Shown piece by piece: positions 1 through 10,575 of a stretch of 33,820 nt of DNA. Source of the DNA: an uncultured Traorella sp. (GTDB taxonomy: Bacteria; Bacillota_I; Bacilli_A; Erysipelotrichales; Erysipelotrichaceae); assembly GCA_945938205.1 (NCBI GenBank), contig CAMEUL010000001.1, forward strand, positions 1 to 33,820, written 5' to 3'. The position numbers and the translations under genes were made by a program. Position 1 is the stretch's first letter. Each line of letters begins with the position of its first letter. The notes beneath the pieces are model-generated. The model made no database searches. It was given only the letters and a program-made list of their open reading frames with translations, and was not told where the DNA came from.

Positions 1-2
1 TT

Positions 3-185
3 TTTGATCTGAAAGAGAAATTCAAGGTAACCATTATTCTGATTGAACATGACATGTCCTTAGTCATGAGTATTTGTGAGCGTATTTATGTTTTAGATTA
101 TGGGAAATGCATCGCGAATGGGACACCAGATGAAATCAAGAAGAATCCTCGTGTGATCGAGGCTTATCTTGGGGAGGAAATCTGA
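3..185 (+). CDS. livG: 3' end of branched-chain amino acid ABC transporter ATP-binding protein (partial, runs off window)
   Basis: Manual translation from nt 3: [60 protein letters not shown]. Has H-loop IEHDM and the AYLG C-terminus, and precedes livF. Confidence 0.93.
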   Translation, partial: FDLKEKFKVTIILIEHDMSLVMSICERIYVLDYGKCIANGTPDEIKKNPRVIEAYLGEEI

Positions 186-884
186 TGCTGGAAATAAAGA
201 ATCTGAATGTATGGCGTGATTCAGGCATTGAAAGGGGTCGATCTGGAAGTAAAAGACGGTGAAATCGTATCTCTGATCGGTGCCAATGGTGCAGGAAAAA
301 CAACCCTGCTTCATGCTATCAGCGGGATCCTGAAAATCAGTGACGGAAGTATTATTTTAGATGGCAAAGAACTCACCAAAACAAGTGCTAAGCAAATTGT
401 GAAATCAGGTATCACGCAGGTTCCGGAAGGAAGAAGAATTTTCTCAGGAATGAGCGTCTATGAGAATCTTTTAATGGGTGCTTATTTAAGAAAAGATAAA
501 AATCAGATCAAACAGGATCTGGAAGATATTTATCAGCGTTTTCCTATCTTAAAAGAAAGAAAGAATCAGGATGCTTCCACTCTTTCAGGTGGTGAACAGC
601 AGATGCTTGCCATGGGCAGAGCATTGATGGCAAAACCAAAAATATTGCTTTTGGATGAACCAAGCATGGGGCTGGCACCAATTCTTGTGAAAGAAATCTT
701 TAAAATCATTCAGGATATCAATGCATCCGGAACGACTATTCTTTTAGTAGAACAAAATGCGCGTATGGCGCTTTCGATCGCCCACCGTGCCTATGTTCTG
801 GAAAATGGAAAAATCGTACTGAGCGGAACAGGTAAAGAACTCAGTGAAAGTGAAGATATACAGAAAGCGTATCTTGGAGGTTAA
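185..884 (+). CDS. livF: Branched-chain amino acid ABC transporter ATP-binding protein; natural N-terminus is out of frame near nt 209
   Basis: Walker A GANGAGKT, QVPEGRRIF, LSGGEQQM, LLLDEPSMGLAP, VEQNA. RBS GGGGAGG and ATG185 give MLEIKNLNV, in a different frame from YGVIQ... (ORF 207-884). Confidence 0.9.
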
Positions 885-887
885 GGT

Positions 888-1532
888 ATGTACGTAAAAA
901 ACGAAATGACAAAAAATCCGATTACTATTGAAGCCAGTGATACTATATCAAAAGCTGCAGATCTTATGAGTGAAAACAATTTGCACCGTTTACCAGTCAT
1001 GAAACAGGGAAAACTGGTTGGGTTGGTAACCAAAGGACTGATTACTTCTAAAGGTGTCGGAGGAGCCACAAGCTTAAGTGTTTTTGAACTTAATTATTTG
1101 TTGAACAGAACCAGTGTAGATACGGTGATGATCAAATTGAAGGATCTGGTGTCTATTTCATCGGACAAGCTTCTTGAAGAAGCAGCGAGTGTTATGTTGG
1201 CTCATGACATTGGTTGTCTGCCGGTTGTTGATAACGGAGAACTGGTGGGCATTCTGACCCAGAACGATCTATTCCGCGCCTTTTTAGGCATTCTTGGATA
1301 TAATCGTAAAGGATCTCGAATTGATGTAAGAGTACCTGATACTCTGGGCATTCTTGGAGAAGTGAGCAAGGTTTTTGTGAAAAACAATGCCAATATCAAG
1401 AATTTTACGGTATATAGAGAAAATAATGACCAGACAGCAGATCTGATCCTTCAGACGGATCTTACGGATACGGATGAACTTGAAAAAGATCTCAATGCTA
1501 GTTTTCATGTCAACAGCATTCTAAAAAGATAG
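888..1532 (+). CDS. CBS-pair + ACT domain protein (AcuB-like)
   Basis: Two CBS repeats (HRLPV..GKLVGLVT; IGCLPVVDNGELVGILT) and a C-terminal ACT-like segment (VPDTLGILGEVSKVF..NANI). Commonly follows liv operons. Confidence 0.85.
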   Translation: MYVKNEMTKNPITIEASDTISKAADLMSENNLHRLPVMKQGKLVGLVTKGLITSKGVGGATSLSVFELNYLLNRTSVDTVMIKLKDLVSISSDKLLEEAASVMLAHDIGCLPVVDNGELVGILTQNDLFRAFLGILGYNRKGSRIDVRVPDTLGILGEVSKVFVKNNANIKNFTVYRENNDQTADLILQTDLTDTDELEKDLNASFHVNSILKR

Positions 1533-1548
1533 GTAACTATCTTTTTTT
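1523..1548 (+). terminator. Intrinsic terminator of liv/CBS operon
   Basis: AAAAAGATAG-GTAA-CTATCTTTTT plus T-run. Confidence 0.75.
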
Positions 1549-1599
1549 CTACACTTTTTTTGTTTCCTTCAGTATATGATTTGCATAAAGGAAAAATGT

Positions 1600-1782
1600 A
1601 TGAGAAAACGAATAGGACTGGTTCTGTGCATCAGTGGTATTCTTCTATTGATTCAACCGGATATTCAGGAAGAACAGTTGATTCTGGTCTTGAATTATGT
1701 GCTGGTTCATTATTGGCCACTAGGCCTGATTATGCTGGGGATCAACATGATGAGCAAAAAGCAAAAACCACGAAGAAAATAG
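1600..1782 (+). CDS. Small two-TM membrane protein (LiaI/LiaF-TM-like)
   Basis: MRKRIGLVLCISGILLLI...HYWPLGLIMLGI + basic tail; YWP motif; AAAGGA upstream of ATG1600. Confidence 0.6.
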   Translation: MRKRIGLVLCISGILLLIQPDIQEEQLILVLNYVLVHYWPLGLIMLGINMMSKKQKPRRK

Positions 1783-1850
1783 AAGAATATCTTTCTTTTA
1801 ATAGTGGGTTGTGCTATACTTGTTGTGTAAAAATTAACAAGGAGGATTAA

Positions 1851-3155
<1,305 letters not shown>

Positions 3156-3165
3156 GTATTTAAGA

Positions 3166-3197
3166 ACGATACAGCGTAAGCTGTATCGTCTTTTTTT
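3166..3197 (+). terminator. eno intrinsic terminator
   Basis: ACGATACAGC-GTAA-GCTGTATCGT followed by CTTTTTTT. Confidence 0.9.
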
Positions 3198-3264
3198 GTG
3201 TATGAAAGAACATTGTATTCATACTAAGATAGGACTATAATGTTTTCCATAAGGAAGTGAATTT

Positions 3265-5055
3265 ATGAAAATCACAAATGATATTGTTTATGTAGGTGTG
3301 AACGATCATGCGATCGATTTATTTGAAGGCCAGTATAAAGTTCCTAATGGAATGTCCTATAATTCCTATGTGATCTTGGATGATAAAATTGCTGTCATGG
3401 ACACTGTGGATATCCATTTTACTCATGAATGGCTGGATAATCTGGCGAATGTACTTAATGGTAGAAAACCAGATTATCTGATTATCCAACATATGGAACC
3501 GGATCACTCTGCCAATTTGAAAAATTTTTTGGATATCTATCCGGATACAACGCTCGTCGGAAATGCGAAAACTTTTACGATGATTCATCAGTTCTTTGAT
3601 CTAAATGATTCCGTAAAATGTATGACAGTGAATAGCAATGACTCTTTAGTTTTAGGTGAGCATGTGTTGACTTTTGTATTTGCGCCTATGGTACATTGGC
3701 CGGAAGTTATGGTGACTTACGATGCGTTGGATAAGGTGCTATTCTCTGCGGATGGTTTTGGAAAGTTTGGTGCCAACGATGTGAAAGAGGATTGGGAGGA
3801 TGAAGCCCGCCGATATTATTATGGCATTGTTGGGAAATATGGAGCACAGACACAGAACTTGCTGAAGAAAGCGAAAGATCTGGATATTGCCATCATAGCA
3901 CCACTGCATGGACCAGTACTTACAGAAAATCTTTCTCATTATTTGAACTTGTATGATACATGGTCGAAATATGACGTTGAAAGTGAAGGGGTGGTAGTTG
4001 CCTATACATCCGTTTACGGAAATACGAAAGAAGCTGCTGAATATCTCTCTGATAAACTAAAGGAAAAAGGATGTCCTCATGTATCTGTTCATGATCTTGC
4101 TAGAAGCGATATGTCAAAAGCAGTAGAAGATGCATTTCGATATCGAAAACTGGTATTGGCTACGACGACCTATAATGCCGATATTTTCCCTTTCATGAAA
4201 GAGTTTATTCATCATTTGACAGAAAGAAACTATCAGAATCGTACAGTCGCATTGATTGAAAATGGTTCTTGGGCACCGATAGCTGTCAAGGTCATGAAAG
4301 GAATGCTAGAAGGATGTAAAAATTTAAGTTTTGTATCCGATACGATTACCATTCGTTCCTCTTTAAAAGCTGAAAATAAAGAAGCAATAAACATACTTGC
4401 GGATGAATTATGCAAGGACTATATTGCACAATCTAATGATAAGGCTAATAAACATGATATGACTGCTTTATTCAAATTAGGATATGGATTGTATGTGGTA
4501 ACAAGTCATGATGGTAAGAAGGATAATGGTCTGGTAGTAAATACGGTAACACAGATCAGTGATCAGCCAAATCGTGTAGCTGTGAATATCAACAAGAAAA
4601 ACTATTCCCATCATGTCATCAAACAAAGTGGAAAAATGAATGTCAATTGTCTTTCAACAGATGCACCATTTGAACTTTTCCAGCGCTTTGGATTCCAAAG
4701 CGGAAGAACGGCTGACAAGTTTGAAGGAATCAATCCTTTGCGTTCTGATAACGGATTAACTTTCCTGCCTCGTTATATCAATGCTTTATTATCATTGGAA
4801 GTAGAACAGTATATCGATCTGGAAACACATGGCATGTTTATCTGCAAAGTGACAGAAGCACGTGTCCTTTCTGATAAAAAAAGCATGACATATGCGGATT
4901 ATCATGATCATGTGAAACCAAAACCACAGACAGAGGGAAAGAAAGGATTCGTCTGCAAGATATGCGGTTATATTTATGAAGGAGATACTCTTCCTGAAGA
5001 TTTCATATGTCCATTATGCAAACATGGCGTAATTGACTTCGAAGAGATCCAGTAA
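3265..5055 (+). CDS. Flavodiiron protein (MBL + flavodoxin) fused to flavin reductase and short rubredoxin domains (class D-type O2/NO reductase)
   Basis: Diiron ligands HMEPDH, HWPE, SADGFG, PLHG; flavodoxin YTSVYGNT; flavin reductase YGLYVVT...FGFQSGR...THGMFI; CKIC..CPLC. Confidence 0.9.
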   Translation: MKITNDIVYVGVNDHAIDLFEGQYKVPNGMSYNSYVILDDKIAVMDTVDIHFTHEWLDNLANVLNGRKPDYLIIQHMEPDHSANLKNFLDIYPDTTLVGNAKTFTMIHQFFDLNDSVKCMTVNSNDSLVLGEHVLTFVFAPMVHWPEVMVTYDALDKVLFSADGFGKFGANDVKEDWEDEARRYYYGIVGKYGAQTQNLLKKAKDLDIAIIAPLHGPVLTENLSHYLNLYDTWSKYDVESEGVVVAYTSVYGNTKEAAEYLSDKLKEKGCPHVSVHDLARSDMSKAVEDAFRYRKLVLATTTYNADIFPFMKEFIHHLTERNYQNRTVALIENGSWAPIAVKVMKGMLEGCKNLSFVSDTITIRSSLKAENKEAINILADELCKDYIAQSNDKANKHDMTALFKLGYGLYVVTSHDGKKDNGLVVNTVTQISDQPNRVAVNINKKNYSHHVIKQSGKMNVNCLSTDAPFELFQRFGFQSGRTADKFEGINPLRSDNGLTFLPRYINALLSLEVEQYIDLETHGMFICKVTEARVLSDKKSMTYADYHDHVKPKPQTEGKKGFVCKICGYIYEGDTLPEDFICPLCKHGVIDFEEIQ

Positions 5056-5122
5056 AAGTTTTAGTTGTAAGTGATGAGTGTTTGTGATAGAATGATATAG
5101 CCAAAGAAAGGAGGATTAAAAA

Positions 5123-5344
5123 ATGCTGAAAATTGTATTGATGATTGTTTCGGTCGCATTGATAATTCTCTCTTTAATGCAAAGTGGGAAGAATGATGGA
5201 TTGTCGGGAGCTTTCACAGGTTCTGAAGGATTAAATCTCTTTGCGAATGTTAAAGAAAGAGGACCTGAAAAAGTGATATCAAATCTGACAATGCTGGTAG
5301 GAGTTGCATTCTTCGTCATTGTAATTATTATGAGTATCAAATAA
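5123..5344 (+). CDS. secG: Preprotein translocase subunit SecG
   Basis: Two TM helices flanking QSGKNDGLSGAFTG..LF..KERG; position before rnr-smpB; RBS AAGGAGG. Confidence 0.93.
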   Translation: MLKIVLMIVSVALIILSLMQSGKNDGLSGAFTGSEGLNLFANVKERGPEKVISNLTMLVGVAFFVIVIIMSIK

Positions 5345-5363
5345 AGACCGAACAGGTCTTTTT
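5343..5363 (+). terminator. Probable terminator/attenuating hairpin after secG
   Basis: AAAGACC-GAACA-GGTCTTT plus T-run. Confidence 0.6.
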
Positions 5364-5389
5364 ATTTAATATTGAAAGGAGGTGGCAGG

Positions 5390-7471
5390 ATGGATTACGA
5401 AAAAATGCTGAAGGATATCATGATGTCACATAAATATCATGGTATGACATTAGATGAGTTTAAGGTAATGTTTGATGTAAAAAGTGCACAGGAATTTACA
5501 GCTTTTATGAAGGCTGTTAATACAGGCTTGGAGGATCTAGCTTTCATTGAAGTAAAAGGAAAACTTTATCTTTCAGAAAAACTGGGATATTTTAAAGGAA
5601 AAGTACGCCTGAATCCAAAAGGATTTGGTTTTGTGGAAAATGAAGATATACAATGTTATACTTCCAATACGAAACATGTTTTAGAAGGGGACGAGGTTTT
5701 GGCTCGTTTCATTCATGAAAAACAGGAAGATCCTGAATGTGAGATCATCAAGGTTTTGCATCACAATCTGACACATCTGGTGGGAAGTGTCAAAATGAAA
5801 AAGGAAAAACGCCCCTTATTCATGCCAGACAGTGCTCTGATTTCTCAAAAGGTCAGAATTCTCAACTGGAATGAATTTAAACTGGTACATGATTCAAAAA
5901 TATTAGTCAGAATTACCAAATATGAGCCTTTAGAAGGACTTATTGAAAAAGTTATCGGATATAAATATGATCCGGGAGTAGATATCACTTCTCTTCTTTT
6001 GGAACATGATGTAACTCTTGAATTCAGTCAGGATGTGGAAAAGGAAATTTCAAGGATTCCAGATCATCTGATAAAAAAAGATAAAGTAGGAAGAGAAGAT
6101 CTCACAGATCAGCTGATCATTACCATTGATGGGGATGATTCTCGTGACTTTGATGATGCCATCAGCATTGAAAAACTGGAGGATGGTTATCGTTTGGGGG
6201 TACATATCGCAGATGTTTCGCATTATGTAAAAGAAAACAGTGCGCTTGATAAAGAAGCCTATGAACGTGGCACTTCTATCTATGTATGCGACAGGGTCGT
6301 TCCGATGCTGCCTCAATACTTAAGCAATGGTATTTGTTCGCTCAATCCGGATGTGGAACGATGTACAATCAGTTGTGTGATGGATATTACACAAAAAGGA
6401 GAAGTGACAAATTATCGTATTTTCCCATCCTATATCCGCTCCAAAGAAAGAATGACGTATAAAAATGTCAATGGCATCATACATAAAGATGAAGCATTGT
6501 GTCGTAAGTATGATCATCTGTTGGAAATGGTGGAAAACATGCTTCGTTTAAGTCATGTGATCCGAAAAAGAAGAGAATCACTCGGATGTCTTGATTTTGA
6601 TACAAAAGAAGGTAAAATAGTATTAGACAACAAAGGAAAAGCCAAAGATGTGGTTGTGCGAGAACGCGGTGAAAGTGAACGAATCATTGAAGATTTCATG
6701 ATTCAAGCCAATGAAGTCGTGGCTTCCCATCTGAAATGGATGGATGTGCCGGGCATGTATCGTGTACACGAACAGCCGGATCCTAAGAAAATGCGTGAAT
6801 TTGTTCAGATTGCTCAGTTAAGCGGATTGAAGTTCAAAGGAAATGTATTGAACGTACATCCTTTGCAATGTCAGAAACTGCTCAATGAAGCGAAAAAGAA
6901 ACCGGATTATTCTGTTCTGTCGACTTCCTTATTACGTTGTATGTCTAAAGCACGTTACGATGCGAAATGTTTGGGACACTTTGGACTTGCCTTGAATGAT
7001 TACACCCATTTCACTTCACCAATTCGTCGATATCCGGATCTTGTTGTTCACCGAATGCTAAGAAAATACTGCTTTGGTGACATGCCGGATAGTAAACAGG
7101 TCAATAAGGATGAAAAATGGGTAGGGAAAGCCGCAATTCATGCCAGTGATGCGGAACGCAAGGCAGTCGAATGTGAACGTGATGTCGATGACATGAAGAA
7201 AGCAGAATACATGGAAAAGCATGTAGGAGAAGTTTATCAGGGAATGATTTCAGGTGTCACTCGTTTTGGTTTCTTTGTGGAGTTGGAAAATACAGTAGAG
7301 GGACTTGTTCATATCTCTACGCTGAATGATGACCATTATGTTTATCAGGAAGCCACCCGTTCTTTAATGGGGATGCATCGGCAGAAGAAATATTCTATGG
7401 GTCAGAAAGTCACTGTTAGATGTGTGAGTGCTTCAAGATTCAAGAAACAAGTAGATTTTATTTTGAAATAG
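5390..7471 (+). CDS. rnr: Ribonuclease R
   Basis: KGFGFV cold-shock domain, TIDGDDSRDFDDA, HIADVSHYV, YTHFTSPIRRYPDL, C-terminal S1; RBS AGGAGGT favours ATG5390 over TTG5372. Confidence 0.96.
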   Translation: MDYEKMLKDIMMSHKYHGMTLDEFKVMFDVKSAQEFTAFMKAVNTGLEDLAFIEVKGKLYLSEKLGYFKGKVRLNPKGFGFVENEDIQCYTSNTKHVLEGDEVLARFIHEKQEDPECEIIKVLHHNLTHLVGSVKMKKEKRPLFMPDSALISQKVRILNWNEFKLVHDSKILVRITKYEPLEGLIEKVIGYKYDPGVDITSLLLEHDVTLEFSQDVEKEISRIPDHLIKKDKVGREDLTDQLIITIDGDDSRDFDDAISIEKLEDGYRLGVHIADVSHYVKENSALDKEAYERGTSIYVCDRVVPMLPQYLSNGICSLNPDVERCTISCVMDITQKGEVTNYRIFPSYIRSKERMTYKNVNGIIHKDEALCRKYDHLLEMVENMLRLSHVIRKRRESLGCLDFDTKEGKIVLDNKGKAKDVVVRERGESERIIEDFMIQANEVVASHLKWMDVPGMYRVHEQPDPKKMREFVQIAQLSGLKFKGNVLNVHPLQCQKLLNEAKKKPDYSVLSTSLLRCMSKARYDAKCLGHFGLALNDYTHFTSPIRRYPDLVVHRMLRKYCFGDMPDSKQVNKDEKWVGKAAIHASDAERKAVECERDVDDMKKAEYMEKHVGEVYQGMISGVTRFGFFVELENTVEGLVHISTLNDDHYVYQEATRSLMGMHRQKKYSMGQKVTVRCVSASRFKKQVDFILK

Positions 7472-7479
7472 GAGTCATT

Positions 7480-8601
7480 ATGAAAAAAATAAGTATGATG
7501 ATGGCAGCGCTGCTTTTGGTGGGCTGCACCGTAAAATCACCAGAAGAACCTCAAGAGGTTCCTCAACCCAATATCTTTATTCCAGATAAAGTAGTATCTT
7601 TTATGGCGGTTGGAGATAATCTGATTCATGGGGCTGTCTATTATGATGCTTATGTGCGTCATAATGGTGTATATGATTTCAATGATATGTATGAGAATGT
7701 GAAAGACTTTATCCAGTCCAAGGATGTCGCTTACATTAACCAGGAGACGATCTTGGGTGGAGTTGAGATGGGATTGTCTCATTATCCTCAATTCAATTCT
7801 CCTCATGAAGTCGGAATGGCAGTTGCAGAGGCGGGATTTGACTGGGTGGCGAGTTCTTCCAATCATTCCATGGATCAGTATGAAGCGGGTATCCTTTCAG
7901 ATCTTAATTTCTGGGATCAATATCCAGATGTGGTGACTACCGGACTAAGCCGAAGCTTTGAAGAGATGAATACACCTAAATATATTGAACGGAATGGTGT
8001 GAAAATCGGAGTGCTGGGTTATACGTATGGAACCAATGGTATTCCAATTCCTGAAGGAAAAGAATATCTTGTAAATCTGTACTCCAAGGAAAGAATTCAA
8101 AAAGATGTGGAAGCCTTAAAGGGTACCTGTGATGTTATCGCTGTCAGCATGCATTGGGGAGATGAATACGCCACAACACCCAATGAAGAACAGCAGGATT
8201 ATGCACAGTTTTTGGCAGATCTAGGCGTTAGTGTCATTATTGGAGAGCATCCTCATGTGATTCAGCCAATGGATATGCTGGAAGGAAAAGACGGCAATCA
8301 GACACTGGTGATTTATTCACTGGGTAACTTCCTTTCTGCACAAGACGAACCTTTGCGTATGCTGGGAGGATGTGCATCCTTTGATGTAAGAGTCAAAGGA
8401 GATGGCACCGTTACGGTCGAGAATGTTCAATGGTATCCGACAGTGAATCATTTCGACAAGCATGTGATGAATTTTAAGATATATCTTTTAAAGGATTATA
8501 CGAATGAACTTGCTGCAAAACACGGTCTGAGTGTATCCCGTGAATATTTTATTCAGGAAACGAATGATATCATGGGAGATCAATTCGAAATCGTATACTA
8601 A
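7480..8601 (+). CDS. CapA/PGA_cap family metallophosphatase-fold lipoprotein
   Basis: Lipobox LLVG-C; AVGDNLIH, NQET, NHSMD, HWGDEY, HPHVIQP, YSLGNF; RBS GGAG before ATG7480. Confidence 0.9.
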   Translation: MKKISMMMAALLLVGCTVKSPEEPQEVPQPNIFIPDKVVSFMAVGDNLIHGAVYYDAYVRHNGVYDFNDMYENVKDFIQSKDVAYINQETILGGVEMGLSHYPQFNSPHEVGMAVAEAGFDWVASSSNHSMDQYEAGILSDLNFWDQYPDVVTTGLSRSFEEMNTPKYIERNGVKIGVLGYTYGTNGIPIPEGKEYLVNLYSKERIQKDVEALKGTCDVIAVSMHWGDEYATTPNEEQQDYAQFLADLGVSVIIGEHPHVIQPMDMLEGKDGNQTLVIYSLGNFLSAQDEPLRMLGGCASFDVRVKGDGTVTVENVQWYPTVNHFDKHVMNFKIYLLKDYTNELAAKHGLSVSREYFIQETNDIMGDQFEIVY

Positions 8602-8616
8602 TGGGAAGGAGGAAAC

Positions 8617-9069
8617 ATGGCTGAAAAATCAGTGGCAGAAAACAGAAAAGCGTTTCATGAATACTTTATTGAAGATCGCTATGAAGCTGGAATTGTCCTG
8701 AAAGGAACAGAAATTAAATCTGTTCGAAAAGGCCATGTACAGTTAAAGGACAGTTATGTCAGTTTTATTGACAATGAGGCGTTCATCAAAGAGATGCATA
8801 TTTCACCTTATGAATATGGAAACATCTTCAATCACGATGAAACACGTCCAAGAAAACTGCTTCTTCATAAAACGGAAATTCGGAAACTGCAGGATAAGGT
8901 CAAGCTGAAAGGTTATACGATTGTTCCAATACGTATGTATCTTTCCAAAGGAAAAGCAAAAATGGAGATTGCTCTTGCGAAAGGAAAAGATCTTCATGAC
9001 AAGCGCAACAGCGAAAAAGAAAAAACAGCAAAGCGTGAAATTGAAAAAGCAATGAAAAACTACAGGTGA
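8617..9069 (+). CDS. smpB: SsrA-binding protein
   Basis: NRKAFHEY, EAGIVLKGTEIKS, RKLLLHK, KGK..HDKR. Confidence 0.99.
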   Translation: MAEKSVAENRKAFHEYFIEDRYEAGIVLKGTEIKSVRKGHVQLKDSYVSFIDNEAFIKEMHISPYEYGNIFNHDETRPRKLLLHKTEIRKLQDKVKLKGYTIVPIRMYLSKGKAKMEIALAKGKDLHDKRNSEKEKTAKREIEKAMKNYR

Positions 9070-9087
9070 GCAATCACCTGACAACAT

Positions 9088-9463
9088 GGGGCTGTCATGG
9101 TTTCGACAGAGATATGTTTGGTATAGACGGCAATCGAGTGGCTACGTAAAAGCTCTTAAAAATAAACGGAAAAAACTTATTTGCTAACTTTGGTGGAAAC
9201 CGCCAGGTTGCATTCGCTGCTTAATTAACCTAACTACTGGTTTGCAGCCGTCCTTCTGATCTGCCGCTCTTAAGATCAGACAGGGTGTCATAAATAAGGG
9301 ATAGTCCATCTGAAAGTCTGAGTTCAGGTGGATGAAATTCATCAGACACATCAGTAGGAGTTTGTTCATCATTACCTGCTGAATAAAAGGTATGAACTAA
9401 ATTGTAGATGTCTATACGTGGGACTATTTTTGGACAGGGGTTCGACTCCCCTCAGCTCCACCA
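9088..9463 (+). ncRNA. ssrA: tmRNA
   Basis: 5' GGGGCTGTCATGGTTTCGACAG and 3' GGTTCGACTCCCCTCAGCTCCACCA with G3:U alanine acceptor; internal tag ORF 9168-9224 GKNLFANFGGNRQVAFAA*; directly after smpB. Confidence 0.97.
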
Positions 9464-9474
9464 AATAAAAAACC

Positions 9475-9519
9475 AAACCTTTAGAAAATGCTGATTGATC
9501 GGCAAATTCTGAAGGTTTT
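9475..9519 (+). terminator. Long hairpin after tmRNA (probable terminator)
   Basis: AAACCTTTAGAA-AA-TGCTGA-TTGA-TCGGCA-AA-TTCTGAAGGTTT imperfect inverted repeat. Confidence 0.6.
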
Positions 9520-9579
9520 ATTGTATAATATAATAGTAAAAAGTCATTTGACAAAAAAAGATAATGAGAGAGAATAATT

Positions 9580-10482
9580 ATGAAAGAATCATTAAAAAGT
9601 CTTGATACAGAAGGGATCAACCCAGATTCAAAGGAAATTGATAAGGTCAGTATTTTAGAAAAAATAAAAATAATCAACAATGAAGACAAAAAAGTAGCTT
9701 ATGCAGTTGAAAAACAATTGTCACAGATTGCAGCGTTCATTGAACATGTTGTCGAAGGCATGAAAAAGGGAGGACGACTGTTCTATGTCGGAGCAGGAAC
9801 ATCCGGACGTTTAGGTGTTTTGGATGCCAGTGAGTGTACTCCCACTTATGGTGTGAGTCCTGAAGTTGTGCAGGGACTGATGGCAGGTGGAGAAATGGCT
9901 TTGAGCGGATCCAAAGAGGAAACAGAAGATGATCCTGAACTGGGAAAACGCGATTTGATGGAGAAGAATCTGACATCAAACGATACAGTTTTAGGTATTG
10001 CTGCTAGTGGAAGAACACCTTATGTGATTGGTGCTTTACAGTATGCCAATGAAATAGGTGCTTATACTGGATCACTAAGTTGCACTCAAAATGCGATCAT
10101 TTCCAAAGAAGCCAAAACAGCCATTGAAGTGATATGCGGTGCGGAAGTCATCAGCGGTTCTACTAGAATGAAAGCAGGTACCGCACAGAAAATGGTATTG
10201 AATATCATCTCTACGGCTTCAATGATTGCTATGGGAAAAGTCTACAAAAACTATATGGTTGATGTTCAGCCATCCAATGAAAAACTGGTGGCAAGAGCGA
10301 AACGTCTCATTCAGTTAGCTTGTGAATGCACTGAAGATGAAGCAGTTGATCTTTATGAGAAAAGCAAGGGAAGTGTTAAATGTGCCATTGTCATGTATGA
10401 ATGTCATGTAACTTTAGAAGAAGCGCAAAAGCTTCTAAAACAATCAGATGACAATATAAACAATGTATTGAATAATCAATAA
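9580..10482 (+). CDS. murQ: N-acetylmuramic acid 6-phosphate etherase
   Basis: GAGTSGRLGVLDASEC, GIAASGRTPYV, GSTRMKAGTAQK, NYMVDV..SNEKL..RA. Confidence 0.97.
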   Translation: MKESLKSLDTEGINPDSKEIDKVSILEKIKIINNEDKKVAYAVEKQLSQIAAFIEHVVEGMKKGGRLFYVGAGTSGRLGVLDASECTPTYGVSPEVVQGLMAGGEMALSGSKEETEDDPELGKRDLMEKNLTSNDTVLGIAASGRTPYVIGALQYANEIGAYTGSLSCTQNAIISKEAKTAIEVICGAEVISGSTRMKAGTAQKMVLNIISTASMIAMGKVYKNYMVDVQPSNEKLVARAKRLIQLACECTEDEAVDLYEKSKGSVKCAIVMYECHVTLEEAQKLLKQSDDNINNVLNNQ

Positions 10483-10483
10483 T

Positions 10484-10512
10484 GACTGACATTCAGGTGT
10501 CAGCCTTTTTTT
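10484..10512 (+). terminator. murQ terminator
   Basis: CTGACAT-TCAG-GTGTCAG core stem plus TTTTTTT. Confidence 0.75.
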
Positions 10513-10523
10513 ATTATGGAGTA

Positions 10524-10555
10524 TTGCACTTATATTGCAAAGGTCGTGTTATGAT
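10524..10555 (+). promoter_or_regulatory. Tandem-heptamer promoter, type B (upstream of GGDEF gene)
   Basis: TTGCACT-tata-TTGCAAA-N8-TATGAT; same geometry at 15860, 26663 and 28038. Confidence 0.65.
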
Positions 10556-10575
10556 TTAAAAAAGGAACAAATATT

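Noticed and set aside
1560-1850. 96-aa ORF overlapping the small membrane protein
   Set aside because: TTG start without RBS; the alternative frame has an RBS and a coherent two-TM product.
9184-9689. Minus-strand ORFs 9184-9372 and 9372-9689
   Set aside because: Antisense to tmRNA and murQ; no RBS or motifs.
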